The notes beneath the pieces were generated by a model, which worked only from the letters and a program-made list of their open reading frames with translations, was not told the DNA's origin and searched no databases. A DNA stretch of 64,000 bases from Polyangiaceae bacterium (lineage in GTDB: Bacteria; Myxococcota_A; Polyangia; Polyangiales; Polyangiaceae): NCBI GenBank assembly GCA_044376115.1, contig JBILLK010000002.1:96001-160000 (forward strand). Direction: 5' to 3'. Positions 8,299 to 17,679 of this stretch are shown in pieces. A program made the translations under genes and the position numbers. Every line of letters begins with the position of its first letter. The first letter of the stretch is position 1.

Positions 8299-9701
8299 GG
8301 CGCCGACCCTCGGGCACCGTTGCGCGGGGCGCGCGGCGCTCGCTCTTTAATCTGGAACTCGACGCGGCGGTTTTGCGCACGACCCTGGTCGGTGGCTGCG
8401 CGCACGGCCGGATCGTGCTCACCGAAGGCGCTGACGAACAAGCGGCGCTCCTCTACGCCGAGCTCCATGAGTTGGCTCTTCACGTGGAGCGCGCGTGCGG
8501 TCGAGAGCCGCAGATTGTAGTCCTCCGAGCCGAGGTCGTCAGCGTGCCCCTGGATTTGGATCACGGCGTACTCGGGGTGGCCCAAGATGAAGCTTGCGAC
8601 CTTCTGCAAGAGCTCGCGACTGGCCGGCGTAACCACGCGACTATCGCTGCCGAACTGAAGATGTTCGTCGGTGATGATGTGGGTCTGCGTGGCGCGCAGC
8701 CCGGCCTCGTCGGGGCAGCCATCGCCGTCGAGCACGCCGTTCGCGGTCTCGTCTTCGCCTGGGCAACGGTCGACCGCGTCAGGCACGCCGTCCTGATCTT
8801 CATCAGCGTCTGGGCAGCCGTCCTCATCGCTCGTGCCGTCGAGATCTTCCGCCTCGTTCGGGCACAAGTCGCTCTGATCGAGCAGCCCGTCGCGATCGTT
8901 GTCGTTCTCCGGGCAGCCGTCGAAGTCCTCGAAGCCGTCCAGATCCTCGGCGGCTTGATCGCAGGCGTCGTCGATGTCGTAAATGGTGTCCCCATCGTTG
9001 TCGACTTCGGGGCAGCCGTCTGCGTCCTCGAAGCCATCCCGATCTTCGGCCACGGTCGGGCAGCCGTCTTTCGGTAGCAGCACCCCATCGCGATCGGCGT
9101 CGGGATCCTCGGGCTGACCTGAGCGAGTGGCAGGAAAGAGCGCCCCGTGTAAGCCAAAGACCGCGATGCGTGCGTCGTCGGGGCGGAGACTCCCAGCGTC
9201 TGGCTCGATCATTTGCACGTAGCCGACGAACGGGCCGGCCGAGAAGTCCTGCGACATCGCATCAAAGCCGATCGCCGCACGAATGGCGGGGCGCACGAAT
9301 TCGCCGGTGAGTCCGGCTCCAACGCCGCCGGCAAGCCAAAGACCGTCGGCTGAGAAGGCTTCGTCGGGATTGTCCCCAGCGAGCGGAGACAACGGTCGCA
9401 GTCGTGGACCGACCGTCGAGAAGCCCGCTAAGCCGGCCTCGGTGGCCTGGACTCCCTCGGGGCGCGGTGCATCGGGCTGCCCGGCCAGGGCGACCGCACC
9501 GAGGCACAACTCGAGTCCGAGCGCGTCGCCCAGCGCGAGCTCGGGCGTTACCGTCGCAGCTCCACCCCAGCTGAACTGCTGTGCCTTCTCCGCTTCTGCG
9601 GGATGCGCGGCAGCCGCTTCAACGTGAAGGCTGATTCGGGGACTCGCCTCCGCCGACCTCGCCCATGCGAGAGCTCCGAGGGCCAGAATGCGAAACTGCA
9701 T
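8295..9701 (-). CDS. OmpA-family outer-membrane protein with thrombospondin type-3 repeats
   Basis: Beta-strand-rich N-terminus, D.DRDG..D.CP..ED.DGFED.DGCP repeats, C-terminal IQGHADD..NLRLSTARA..NRRVEF. Start approximate (MQFRIL). Confidence 0.92.
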   Translation of the reverse strand: MQFRILALGALAWARSAEASPRISLHVEAAAAHPAEAEKAQQFSWGGAATVTPELALGDALGLELCLGAVALAGQPDAPRPEGVQATEAGLAGFSTVGPRLRPLSPLAGDNPDEAFSADGLWLAGGVGAGLTGEFVRPAIRAAIGFDAMSQDFSAGPFVGYVQMIEPDAGSLRPDDARIAVFGLHGALFPATRSGQPEDPDADRDGVLLPKDGCPTVAEDRDGFEDADGCPEVDNDGDTIYDIDDACDQAAEDLDGFEDFDGCPENDNDRDGLLDQSDLCPNEAEDLDGTSDEDGCPDADEDQDGVPDAVDRCPGEDETANGVLDGDGCPDEAGLRATQTHIITDEHLQFGSDSRVVTPASRELLQKVASFILGHPEYAVIQIQGHADDLGSEDYNLRLSTARALHVKSQLMELGVEERRLFVSAFGEHDPAVRAATDQGRAQNRRVEFQIKERAPRAPRNGARGSAP

Positions 9702-9787
9702 GACCTTTGCAAACGGCGCTTGGTCAAGTTTCTTAACGTCTTGACGAAACAAGTGCGCATTGCCGCCGAATGGTGCAAGAAGGCAGA

Positions 9788-10873
9788 ATGCACGGCTTCG
9801 GCGGACCGGTAGACAAAGTGGTGGGGGCGCTCAGTCGGGTCCTTCACGGTTTGCGGGGTGCGAGCAACAACACCGTCGCGGATCTGGGCCCGTACTTGGA
9901 CGTTCCCCCGGAGGAGCTGTACCCGGCCCCGGCGGTACCGCGCGACGTGAAGGTGACCCGAGCCCGCTTCAACCTGAGCCCGCGAGCGGTCTCCACGCTC
10001 AAGTGGCATAGCCAGCACGTGGTGCTGTGCCCGCATTATCGGGCGCGCCACGCCAGTGACTACCTGGTGAATCAGCGCGTGGTTGCGCGCTGGATTCACC
10101 CAGCTTCCGGGCCGCGCCGGCGCGCTCTGATCTACGTTCACGGCTGGCTAGAGCCGGGGCCGTGGGTGGAGGAAGCCTCGTTCTTGCCGCTCATCCACAA
10201 CGAACTCGGTGTCGATGTGCTGCACATCCAGCTGCCGTTTCATGGCAGCCGCAATCCCAAAAGCGCCTTGTTCCACGGTGAGTTCTTTTGGAGCGCCGAT
10301 CTGGTTCGAACGCTGGAGGCCGTACGCCAATCGGCCTTGGACGTGCGTACGCTGATGGCCTGGTTGCGCACCCAAGGGTACGAGGAGGTCGGGGTGACTG
10401 GGCTGTCGCTCGGCGGCTCGATCACCATGCTGCTCGCCTGCGTGGAGCCAACGCCGGATTACGTGATCCCGATCATCTCCCACCTCCAGCTGGCCGAGGC
10501 GGTCGAGGAGGCCTCCATCCTTTGGCGCATGCGCGAGGACCTCGAGCGCTTCGGCATTGACGCCAGCGAACGAAAGAAGCTCTTCTCACGGCTTGGGCTC
10601 GGCGCGCTCAAGCCCAAACTGCCGATCGATCGGCAGTTGTGGGTGGCGGCTCGTGAGGACCAATACATCACCGCGCGCTTGGTCGAGCGGCAGTGGCGCG
10701 AGTGGGGGGAGCCTCCAATCGAGTGGATCGCCGGAGGCCACATGACGTTCCCACTTCAAGTCGGCCGCATCTTGTCCCGTATGAAGAAGTTTCACAGCGC
10801 GCTCGCGCCATCTGGCTCTCGCGCCCATGGGTCGAATCCGCTAACGTCCTCCGAGGGGGCTGCTCGGCGCTAA
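9788..10873 (+). CDS. Alpha/beta hydrolase family protein
   Basis: HGW, LPFHGSR, nucleophile elbow GLSLGG, and D/H candidates (EDQY, GGH). Confidence 0.85.
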   Translation: MHGFGGPVDKVVGALSRVLHGLRGASNNTVADLGPYLDVPPEELYPAPAVPRDVKVTRARFNLSPRAVSTLKWHSQHVVLCPHYRARHASDYLVNQRVVARWIHPASGPRRRALIYVHGWLEPGPWVEEASFLPLIHNELGVDVLHIQLPFHGSRNPKSALFHGEFFWSADLVRTLEAVRQSALDVRTLMAWLRTQGYEEVGVTGLSLGGSITMLLACVEPTPDYVIPIISHLQLAEAVEEASILWRMREDLERFGIDASERKKLFSRLGLGALKPKLPIDRQLWVAAREDQYITARLVERQWREWGEPPIEWIAGGHMTFPLQVGRILSRMKKFHSALAPSGSRAHGSNPLTSSEGAARR

Positions 10874-10885
10874 GCGACCGAGTAG

Positions 10886-11539
10886 TTGAATCCGTTGCAG
10901 TCAGAGAATCCTTCGCAAAATTCACCGCTTTCGGTGCTGATTCTGGAAGACCATCCGCTCTTGAGCCAAGGGCTGCGAGCGGTCCTCGAGCAGGCGGGCT
11001 ACAACGTCTCCGCACAGCTCTCGTCGTTGGAGCAGTCCCTCTCGCTCGCGGGCGACCACGACGTGGCGGTTGTGGATATCGAGGTGGAAGGCGGCTCGGG
11101 GTTGGAGTTCATTCGCGCCACCCGGGAGCGGAAATTGCCTTGTGTAGTGTTCTCGGCGCACGCCGACGTGCTCCACGTACGTGAGGCCCTGCGGGCTGGT
11201 GCACTCGGGTACGTTCGCAAGTCCGCGCCGCCTGCGATCTTGCTCGAGGCCATCGCGAAGGCCGCCGTGGGCGAGCAGTTCCTTTGCGAGACTGCGTCCG
11301 CCGCGCTCGCCGAGTCGCCACCCACGAGTCAGAGCCAGGTCACGGCGCGGGAGCTCGAAGTCCTTCAGCTGGTGGCGGAGGGCCTAACGACGAAGGAGAT
11401 CGCAGCGCAGCTCGGTATCAGCCCGCGCACCGTGGACACGCATCGCGAGCGCCTTTTGGCGAAGTTCAATGCGCATAACGTCGTCGGCCTCACGCGCGCG
11501 GCGGAGGTCGCGGGTCTTTTGAAGAAGCATCGCCCGTGA
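10886..11539 (+). CDS. NarL/LuxR-family response regulator
   Basis: REC domain (LEDHP, VVDI, GYVRK) plus HTH (TARELEVLQLVAEGLTTKEIA..LGISPRTVDTHR). Confidence 0.93.
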   Translation: MNPLQSENPSQNSPLSVLILEDHPLLSQGLRAVLEQAGYNVSAQLSSLEQSLSLAGDHDVAVVDIEVEGGSGLEFIRATRERKLPCVVFSAHADVLHVREALRAGALGYVRKSAPPAILLEAIAKAAVGEQFLCETASAALAESPPTSQSQVTARELEVLQLVAEGLTTKEIAAQLGISPRTVDTHRERLLAKFNAHNVVGLTRAAEVAGLLKKHRP

Positions 11540-11554
11540 GCCCCGCTTCCCGGC

Positions 11555-12397
11555 TCAGCCGGGCGCACGAACGCCGAGTCCAAACATGAGCGGTACCCGG
11601 GCGACCCCGGGCGGCCAAACCCAGCGCCGACCTTCGGCCGCGACCAGCGCCGGATGTTTGCAGCCATTGGCGTACGGCCATTCGACCAAGCGTTCGAGCT
11701 GTAGCCCGGCCTTCACCAACGCTTGCACCGTCTCGGCGAGCCCGTACTGAAAGCTCGCGGCCGGGATCGGATTATCCCCCCGCGGAGCCTGCGTAACGGC
11801 CCCGAGCGAGGCCCCTGAATCCGCGACGTAATCGCCCACCGGCTCAATGAAGGGCCCGCGCTGGAAGTAGTCGTCGCGGGTCAACCCGGCCGCCGCGTCG
11901 AAGGACCAAATCAGCGGATGAAACTCGACCAACACGAAGCGACCATTCGGCGCGAGCACGCGTCGTACTCCGCTCGCCCAACGCTCGAGGTCGGGCATCC
12001 AGCCGACGGCTCCATAGCTCGAGAAGGCCAGCTCAAAGCGAGCCTCGGTCGTCAGCATCCAGTCGCATAGCTCAGCCTCGACGAACGTCGCCGCGAGCTT
12101 GGTCGCCTCGGCCAACCCGCGCGCGAACCGGATCGCCTCGGAGCTGAAGTCGACTCCGGTGACCTTTGCTCCACGGCGTGCCAAACACAGCGAATCTTGG
12201 CCTGCGTTGCACTGCAGATGAACCAGTGAGCGCCCTTCGAGGGCCCCGAGCAGCTCGAGTTCTTCGGGGAACAGCACGTCGCCACCGGCGTTGAAGAAGG
12301 CCGCCTGGTCCCCCTTGTGGCGGTTGTGGTTGCGGGTGGCGATGTCCCAGCTTGCGCGGGTATCGATGGCGGGCTCAAGCGCGCTGGGGGCGGTCAT
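11555..12397 (-). CDS. Class I SAM-dependent methyltransferase
   Basis: LVHLQCNAGQD..LARRGAKVTGVDFS motif I variant, W.PDL..W, EFHP. Confidence 0.85.
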   Translation of the reverse strand: MTAPSALEPAIDTRASWDIATRNHNRHKGDQAAFFNAGGDVLFPEELELLGALEGRSLVHLQCNAGQDSLCLARRGAKVTGVDFSSEAIRFARGLAEATKLAATFVEAELCDWMLTTEARFELAFSSYGAVGWMPDLERWASGVRRVLAPNGRFVLVEFHPLIWSFDAAAGLTRDDYFQRGPFIEPVGDYVADSGASLGAVTQAPRGDNPIPAASFQYGLAETVQALVKAGLQLERLVEWPYANGCKHPALVAAEGRRWVWPPGVARVPLMFGLGVRAPG

Positions 12398-13668
12398 GGC
12401 AGCGGGGCCAGGCTTCGAGCGAAGGTGTCTTGCACGGTTCCCTCGTGGTCGATCACGGTGCCGCGGACTTCGGCGCTATCCACCTCGAAAACAATAGCGT
12501 GATAAAAAGCGCCGCTAGCGACGCGGCTATCGCAGTATTCGCGGTCAATCGCGAGGTCCACGTCGCTCAGCACGCCCCCGCCTCCACCGCTCGTGAGGTA
12601 GGTCGGGCCGGCGCCTAGTTCAAACCGCTCATAACCGTGCATATGGGCCTGCAATACAAAAAGCACGTTGGTCTCCTCGAACACCGGTCCGAGGAAGTCG
12701 AACGCGGCGGGATCGTCATTGACGTCGCCGCAAGTGAGCAGCGGTCGGTGAAAGTAGACGACGCTGAAGCGATAGTCTGACCGCTTCGATGCGGCCTCCA
12801 AACCTTGTTGCAGCCAAATGGCTTGCGGCGACCCCTGGGAGATCGGCTCCTCGGTGTTGACGGTGAAGAACCAGACACCGCCCGAGTGGACCTGATGATA
12901 GGTCTCAGCGCCGTCGAAGCCGGCTTCACCGAAGAAGCGCAGCGCATAGGCCGAAAGCTCCTCGTCGTTTTCGATCTCGTGATTGCCGATCGCTGGGAAG
13001 AAGGCACCTTGCGAGAGCATCGGCTGCATGATCGGAAACCACGAGGCCCAGGTCTCGAGCAGCGACGAATAGTATTGGATGTCGCCGCCGTGGATCGTGA
13101 AGTCGGGGTTCATTGGCAGGGCGGCGGCCAGGATGTCGTCGGTTACACCGAGCCCGGGGTTGGTGTCACCGATGGCCATGAAGGTGAACGGCTCCCCGCT
13201 GGGCCGCGCGGTGCAAAAGCGCCCCTGCCGCTCGGCGTCGGCAACGAGTGAATAGCGGTAGCAAGTGCCTGGTTTCAGCCCGCTGAGCGAAGCCTGGTGC
13301 ATGTAATAGATGCCGGCCCAATCGGGAGGCGCGTCCCCCAGTGGATAGGCCGTCTTGGTCAGCTCGAACTCACTCTCGACCGAATCCACCAGCTGCTCCT
13401 CGCCACCCTCTTCCGGCGTAATTCGAATTGCGCCTTCGCTACCAGGAGCGCACGCCTCCCAGCGAACTCGGGCGCTGGTTTCGTCAACGTGAAGGGCCCA
13501 CGGTCCTTTCGAGATCCCCGTGGCGTCGCATACGAGCCCCGCCTGTCCGCCCGCGGCGGTCCCGGTGCTGTTTTGCGTGCTGCCACCCCCAGCCGAACTG
13601 CCGGTGGTTCCGTCATCGCCGCAGCCAACGGCTGCCGCGATCGCGAGGATGCTCAAGGCTCTGCGCAT
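12394..13668 (-). CDS. Purple acid phosphatase-like metallophosphoesterase lipoprotein
   Basis: Lipobox AVGC, FN3-like HQASLSGLKPGTCY, and GD, GGDIQY, GNHE, FHRP, AHMHGYER motifs. Confidence 0.9.
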   Translation of the reverse strand: MRRALSILAIAAAVGCGDDGTTGSSAGGGSTQNSTGTAAGGQAGLVCDATGISKGPWALHVDETSARVRWEACAPGSEGAIRITPEEGGEEQLVDSVESEFELTKTAYPLGDAPPDWAGIYYMHQASLSGLKPGTCYRYSLVADAERQGRFCTARPSGEPFTFMAIGDTNPGLGVTDDILAAALPMNPDFTIHGGDIQYYSSLLETWASWFPIMQPMLSQGAFFPAIGNHEIENDEELSAYALRFFGEAGFDGAETYHQVHSGGVWFFTVNTEEPISQGSPQAIWLQQGLEAASKRSDYRFSVVYFHRPLLTCGDVNDDPAAFDFLGPVFEETNVLFVLQAHMHGYERFELGAGPTYLTSGGGGGVLSDVDLAIDREYCDSRVASGAFYHAIVFEVDSAEVRGTVIDHEGTVQDTFARSLAPLP

Positions 13669-13720
13669 GGGCCACGATAGATCAGGAAGCCCGGCGCCGC
13701 TGCACCGTCCGCCGCTTCGC

Positions 13721-13969
13721 CTACGGCTTGGGGGCCGGGCAACAGAAGAGGTGATCAGGCACTGCCAGCTCGCAGCCGTCTGCTTTGGGATCAGCCGGCC
13801 CAAAGTCCCGGTTGGTCGCTGGATACATGAAGGCTTGGGGACGAGCCGAGTCTTTGCAGTTGCCGTCATGCGCCGCGGAGCGTTTGCGACCTTGAGGCGC
13901 GCTCCCGGACGAGCACGACGCCACCATCAGCGCAACCAGCAGGAACCGAAAGACGTTGGCGTTGGGCAC
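13721..13969 (-). CDS. Small Cys-containing lipoprotein (82 aa)
   Basis: Hydrophobic signal ending VASC; four further Cys; co-oriented with neighbours. Confidence 0.55.
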   Translation of the reverse strand: MPNANVFRFLLVALMVASCSSGSAPQGRKRSAAHDGNCKDSARPQAFMYPATNRDFGPADPKADGCELAVPDHLFCCPAPKP

Positions 13970-14029
13970 GACGATGACCCCAGGGTCGGTGGCGCTAGCT
14001 CCCGCGTCAACGTCTCTCGGCCAAGCCGA

Positions 14030-14206
14030 TCAGGCGTACACGCTAAGCGATTGGCCCTGTCGCAGCGGCGGAGCCGCGCTCTCGATCAGCGCAATCGCGT
14101 TTTGCCCCTCGAGTTTCTGTTGGTCGAGCGCCTTTTTCGCGACCACAACGGTCTGTGGTGCAGCGGCGCTGACCGCTGAAGTACCGACGGCAGCTGAGAT
14201 ATTCAT
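14030..14206 (-). CDS. YjfB-like small protein (58 aa), not in the ORF track
   Basis: MNISAAVGTSAVSAAAPQTVVVAKKALDQQKLEGQNAIALIESAAPPLRQGQSLSVYA; GGAGG RBS 6 nt upstream of the ATG. Confidence 0.8.
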   Translation of the reverse strand: MNISAAVGTSAVSAAAPQTVVVAKKALDQQKLEGQNAIALIESAAPPLRQGQSLSVYA

Positions 14207-14306
14207 GGCAAACCTCCAGGTTTGCTATGCGGTCCTTCGAGCCCCGCTCTTGAGCCACCGAACGGCGATCGGGAAGAACGCTCGCTCCGATGCACAAGCG
14301 CTTGCT

Positions 14307-16628
14307 TTGGGCCCACTAACTTGCGAGATTCGTGCCATTCGAATCGGAATTCGCCGAGCAGCGTGGATCGCTAGCGCCGTCGCCGTCATCGGCGGAGGTG
14401 CCGCTGCGCTTTGGATCAGTCGTGTGGAGCCGGTGCCCAGCGCACCAGCGTTGGCGCCTCAAACGGCTCCGAGCGAGCTTCCTGCTTCGAGCAAAGACGA
14501 CGATATCTCGACTGAGGCGCTCTATTTGAGTGATGGCGGGGATGACTACCGCCTGCTCGATCCGGACTCGGTTCGAGAGCTCGGCGTGGACGGTGTGGTC
14601 ACCTCGCTGTCGGATCTCAACATCCCGGTGACCAAACGCACGATGCGCTACGTGGCGCAGTTCGGTGCTGACGAAAAAGGTCGAAAGTCCTTCATTTCAC
14701 GCTTCTCGCGCGGCAATCGTTTCCGCGCCTTCATCGAGCGCGAGCTGCTCGAGGCCGGGATGCCTCAAGACTTGGTTTGGGTGGCTGCGATCGAGAGCGG
14801 CTTCCGGCCGCAGGCCGCCTCACCCAAAGGCGCGATGGGGCTGTTTCAGTTCATGCCGGAGACGGGTGCACAATACGGGCTACTGCTCAGCAACACGGTG
14901 GATGAACGGCGCAGCATCCCCAAGGCGACGCGCGCGGCGATCGCGCACCTCGAGACCCTGTACGAACACTACGGCGCTTGGGATCTAACGCTTGCGGCTT
15001 ACAACTGCGGGCAAGGTCGCGTGGACGCCGCCCTCGAGAAAGCCGCGCAAATCATCGGCGAGCGCGAGGATCCCATCCTCTTTCATGATCTCGCCGAACG
15101 AAAGCTGCTGCCCCGCGAGACGCTCGACTACGTACCGATGATTCAGGCTTTCGCGATCGTCGCGCACAACCGCGCGCAGCTCGAACTCGACAGCCTGACC
15201 CTGCCTGAGCCGATGAGCTTTGGCGAGGTCGCGGTACCGCTCGGGACGCCGCTGGCTACGGTCGCGTTGGCCGCTGATATATCGATCTCCGACCTGCGTG
15301 AGTACAACCCGGACCTGCTCTCCGACACCACCGGAGACGGCGAAGGAGACACCATCGTCCTCGTGCCAGCGGAGCGCCTTTCCCGTGTTGCCGCCGCGCT
15401 TCCCAGCCTGCTTTACGGCGCTGGCGCAAAGAAGTCGGCGAACGAAGAGGACGCAGAGGAGGAGGCCGAGGCGGACGCTGAGCCCGAGCCGACGCCCAGC
15501 GAAAGCGAGTCCCAGCCTACGGTCCTGCACGCGCTCGCCAATCGACCGGGTGCCTTCTTGTTGTCGAGCGGCGTGGTGGTCGTGCTCGTGAACGAGCCCG
15601 GCTCGCAAGTGAAGGTGAGTGCCAGCGTGGCGCTCCGCGACTGGTCCAAACCCGAAAAAACGCCGCTCTCGACCCACGTGATCGAAGAACGCGCGGTCCC
15701 GCTCAAGAAGCTCTCGCTCGAGCTGAAGAAGTTGCAACGCGACCTCGTGACGCAGGCGCGCAGCGTGTCGGCGCCCAAGCTCTACGCCAGCGTGCAAGCC
15801 GCGCGGCGCAAGCGCTACGACGCAGCGGAACTGCTTCCGTTCGAGCTGCTCTCCAACAAAGTGTTTCGCCTGGGCCACCCGCTTCACGGCTCGCTGCTCG
15901 TTGGCCCCACCCGCAACCAGGCCGATCGCATCGTCTCGGTGGAGCCCTTCTGGGCGGTGGAGACCACCGTCACCCTCAAAGGCAACGTCTCGGCCGAGAA
16001 GCACGCCGAGCTTTTGGAGGAAGTGTTCGTCGATCCGATGGCGCCACGGCGCCTGCCGCGTTTGCCCGAAGCAGCCCACGTTCGCCTCGCTCCGGTCGGC
16101 AAAGACTTGCTGCTCGGTTGGGGGGCCCATCCTTTCGCTCCGGGCGAAGATGTAGCTGCGGATCTGGCCTTTGCGCTGGCCTGCAATGACCGCTTCGGGC
16201 GCTTGCCGTCGCTGGTGGTACGCGACCGCAAGGTGGCCAAGTCGCTCAGCTGCGGCTTGGAAAAGAGCCCGGGGACGATCGTCGCCTGGGTGCGCGCGGC
16301 TCCGCAGGGCGATGAGCCCGCGACGACGCTCGAGCGCAGCGTGCTCGAAGCGCTCGTCGGCATCACCGGCCTCGGGCCCAATGAGGACGAGGTCGACACG
16401 GCGCGCGACTACCTGCGCGCCGATTGGGCTCGCCGCGTGAGCGCAGCGAAGTCGGAGCCCGAACGGCGGGTGCTCGAACGTGACCAAGAACGCACGCTCT
16501 CCCAGCTTGACGACATCTCGCGTGACGCCGTGTTGAACGCGTCTCGCAAGCTGTTTTCGACCAAGCGCCGGGTACTGATCACCTGGGACGGCACGCAGAA
16601 GCTGCCCGAAAAGCCGCTCAGCGACTGA
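14307..16628 (+). CDS. MltD-like lytic transglycosylase fused to an M16-peptidase-like C-terminal region
   Basis: SLT motifs IESGF, GAMGLFQFMPETG, LAAYNCG, LPRETLDYV; LysM-like segment; ~380-aa C-terminal extension. Start uncertain (TTG 14307). Confidence 0.85.
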   Translation: MGPLTCEIRAIRIGIRRAAWIASAVAVIGGGAAALWISRVEPVPSAPALAPQTAPSELPASSKDDDISTEALYLSDGGDDYRLLDPDSVRELGVDGVVTSLSDLNIPVTKRTMRYVAQFGADEKGRKSFISRFSRGNRFRAFIERELLEAGMPQDLVWVAAIESGFRPQAASPKGAMGLFQFMPETGAQYGLLLSNTVDERRSIPKATRAAIAHLETLYEHYGAWDLTLAAYNCGQGRVDAALEKAAQIIGEREDPILFHDLAERKLLPRETLDYVPMIQAFAIVAHNRAQLELDSLTLPEPMSFGEVAVPLGTPLATVALAADISISDLREYNPDLLSDTTGDGEGDTIVLVPAERLSRVAAALPSLLYGAGAKKSANEEDAEEEAEADAEPEPTPSESESQPTVLHALANRPGAFLLSSGVVVVLVNEPGSQVKVSASVALRDWSKPEKTPLSTHVIEERAVPLKKLSLELKKLQRDLVTQARSVSAPKLYASVQAARRKRYDAAELLPFELLSNKVFRLGHPLHGSLLVGPTRNQADRIVSVEPFWAVETTVTLKGNVSAEKHAELLEEVFVDPMAPRRLPRLPEAAHVRLAPVGKDLLLGWGAHPFAPGEDVAADLAFALACNDRFGRLPSLVVRDRKVAKSLSCGLEKSPGTIVAWVRAAPQGDEPATTLERSVLEALVGITGLGPNEDEVDTARDYLRADWARRVSAAKSEPERRVLERDQERTLSQLDDISRDAVLNASRKLFSTKRRVLITWDGTQKLPEKPLSD

Positions 16629-16635
16629 GCCCATC

Positions 16636-17679
16636 GTGATGAGGCCGCCTTTCAGCCGTGACCCCACGACCGCCGGCAGCCGACTCGTTAAGGCGATAGC
16701 CGGGCTGGTCGGGATTACGCTAGCCGGGGCCTCTGGCTTTTACGTGATCGGCGGCGGACGCTGGCCCTTCGCCGATTGCCTTTACATGACCGTGATGACG
16801 CTCACCACGGTCGGCTTTGGCGAGGTCTTACCCGGGTTCGCTGAAACACCGCACGCCCGCATGTTCAGCACCGGGCTGATGGTGGTTGGCGTTTCCGTCG
16901 TGGCCTACTCGGCTTCGTTGGTCGCCGCGGTGGTATTCGAGGGAGAGCTCTCGCGAGCGTTAGGGAACCGCAGGATGAACAAGACGCTGAACCGACTTTC
17001 TGACCACTACATCGTGTGCGGCGTGGGCTCGATGGGGATCCACATCGTCGAGGAGCTGGTTCGCACCGGGCAGGCCCTAGCGGTGATCGAGCAGGACGAT
17101 GAGCGCCTCTCGCGGCTGCAAGAAGCCTTTCCGGACGTGCCCTTCATCAAGGGAGACGCGACCGAGGACGATACCCTGTCAAGGGCCGGACTCGAGCGCG
17201 CCAAAGGTCTTTTTGCTGCGTTGTCGCACGACAAGGACAACCTGTTCGTGGTGATCAGCGCACGCCAGACCAACGCCAACGCACGCATCGTCGCACGCGC
17301 GATCGAGGGCAAGAGCGTGCAAAAACTCCGAACGGCCGGCGCCAACGCCACCGTGTCTCCCAACTATCTCGGTGGGCGGCGCATGGCCTCCGAGATGGTA
17401 CGGCCGCAGGTGGTCGCGTTCATGGACGTCGTGTCAAAGGATCGAGACCGCGAGTTCGACATCGAGGAGGTGAGCATCTCAGCAACCTCACAATATGCCG
17501 GTAAGACCTTGGCCGAGGCGCGCTTGCGGCAGACGGCCGACGCGCTGGTGCTAGCGGTGGATAGCGCAGACGGCTACCGCTATAACCCACCTGCGGACGC
17601 GGTCCTCACCGGCGGCGGCAAGATCATGGTTTTAGCGAACAGCGATGCTGTCGCCAAACTGCGCAAGTTGCTGGGATGA
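16636..17679 (+). CDS. Potassium channel protein with RCK (TrkA-N/TrkA-C) domains
   Basis: Selectivity filter TTVGFGE, HYIVCGVGSMG Rossmann motif, GDAT. Confidence 0.93.
   Translation: MMRPPFSRDPTTAGSRLVKAIAGLVGITLAGASGFYVIGGGRWPFADCLYMTVMTLTTVGFGEVLPGFAETPHARMFSTGLMVVGVSVVAYSASLVAAVVFEGELSRALGNRRMNKTLNRLSDHYIVCGVGSMGIHIVEELVRTGQALAVIEQDDERLSRLQEAFPDVPFIKGDATEDDTLSRAGLERAKGLFAALSHDKDNLFVVISARQTNANARIVARAIEGKSVQKLRTAGANATVSPNYLGGRRMASEMVRPQVVAFMDVVSKDRDREFDIEEVSISATSQYAGKTLAEARLRQTADALVLAVDSADGYRYNPPADAVLTGGGKIMVLANSDAVAKLRKLLG

Noticed and set aside
7198..9701. traAB kin-recognition locus
   Set aside because: The partner gene is downstream, is a lipoprotein, and lacks the long Cys-repeat stalk and MYXO-CTERM of TraA. 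TSP3-OmpA proteins are common paralogs.
14222..14252. Sigma28-type promoter for the YjfB-like gene (TCAAG...ACCGCATA)
   Set aside because: The -10 match to GCCGATAA is too poor to support.
13956..14306. N-terminal ~115 aa of the 890-aa ORF
   Set aside because: Antisense to the YjfB-like gene, which has a strong RBS; the extension looks like a shadow translation.
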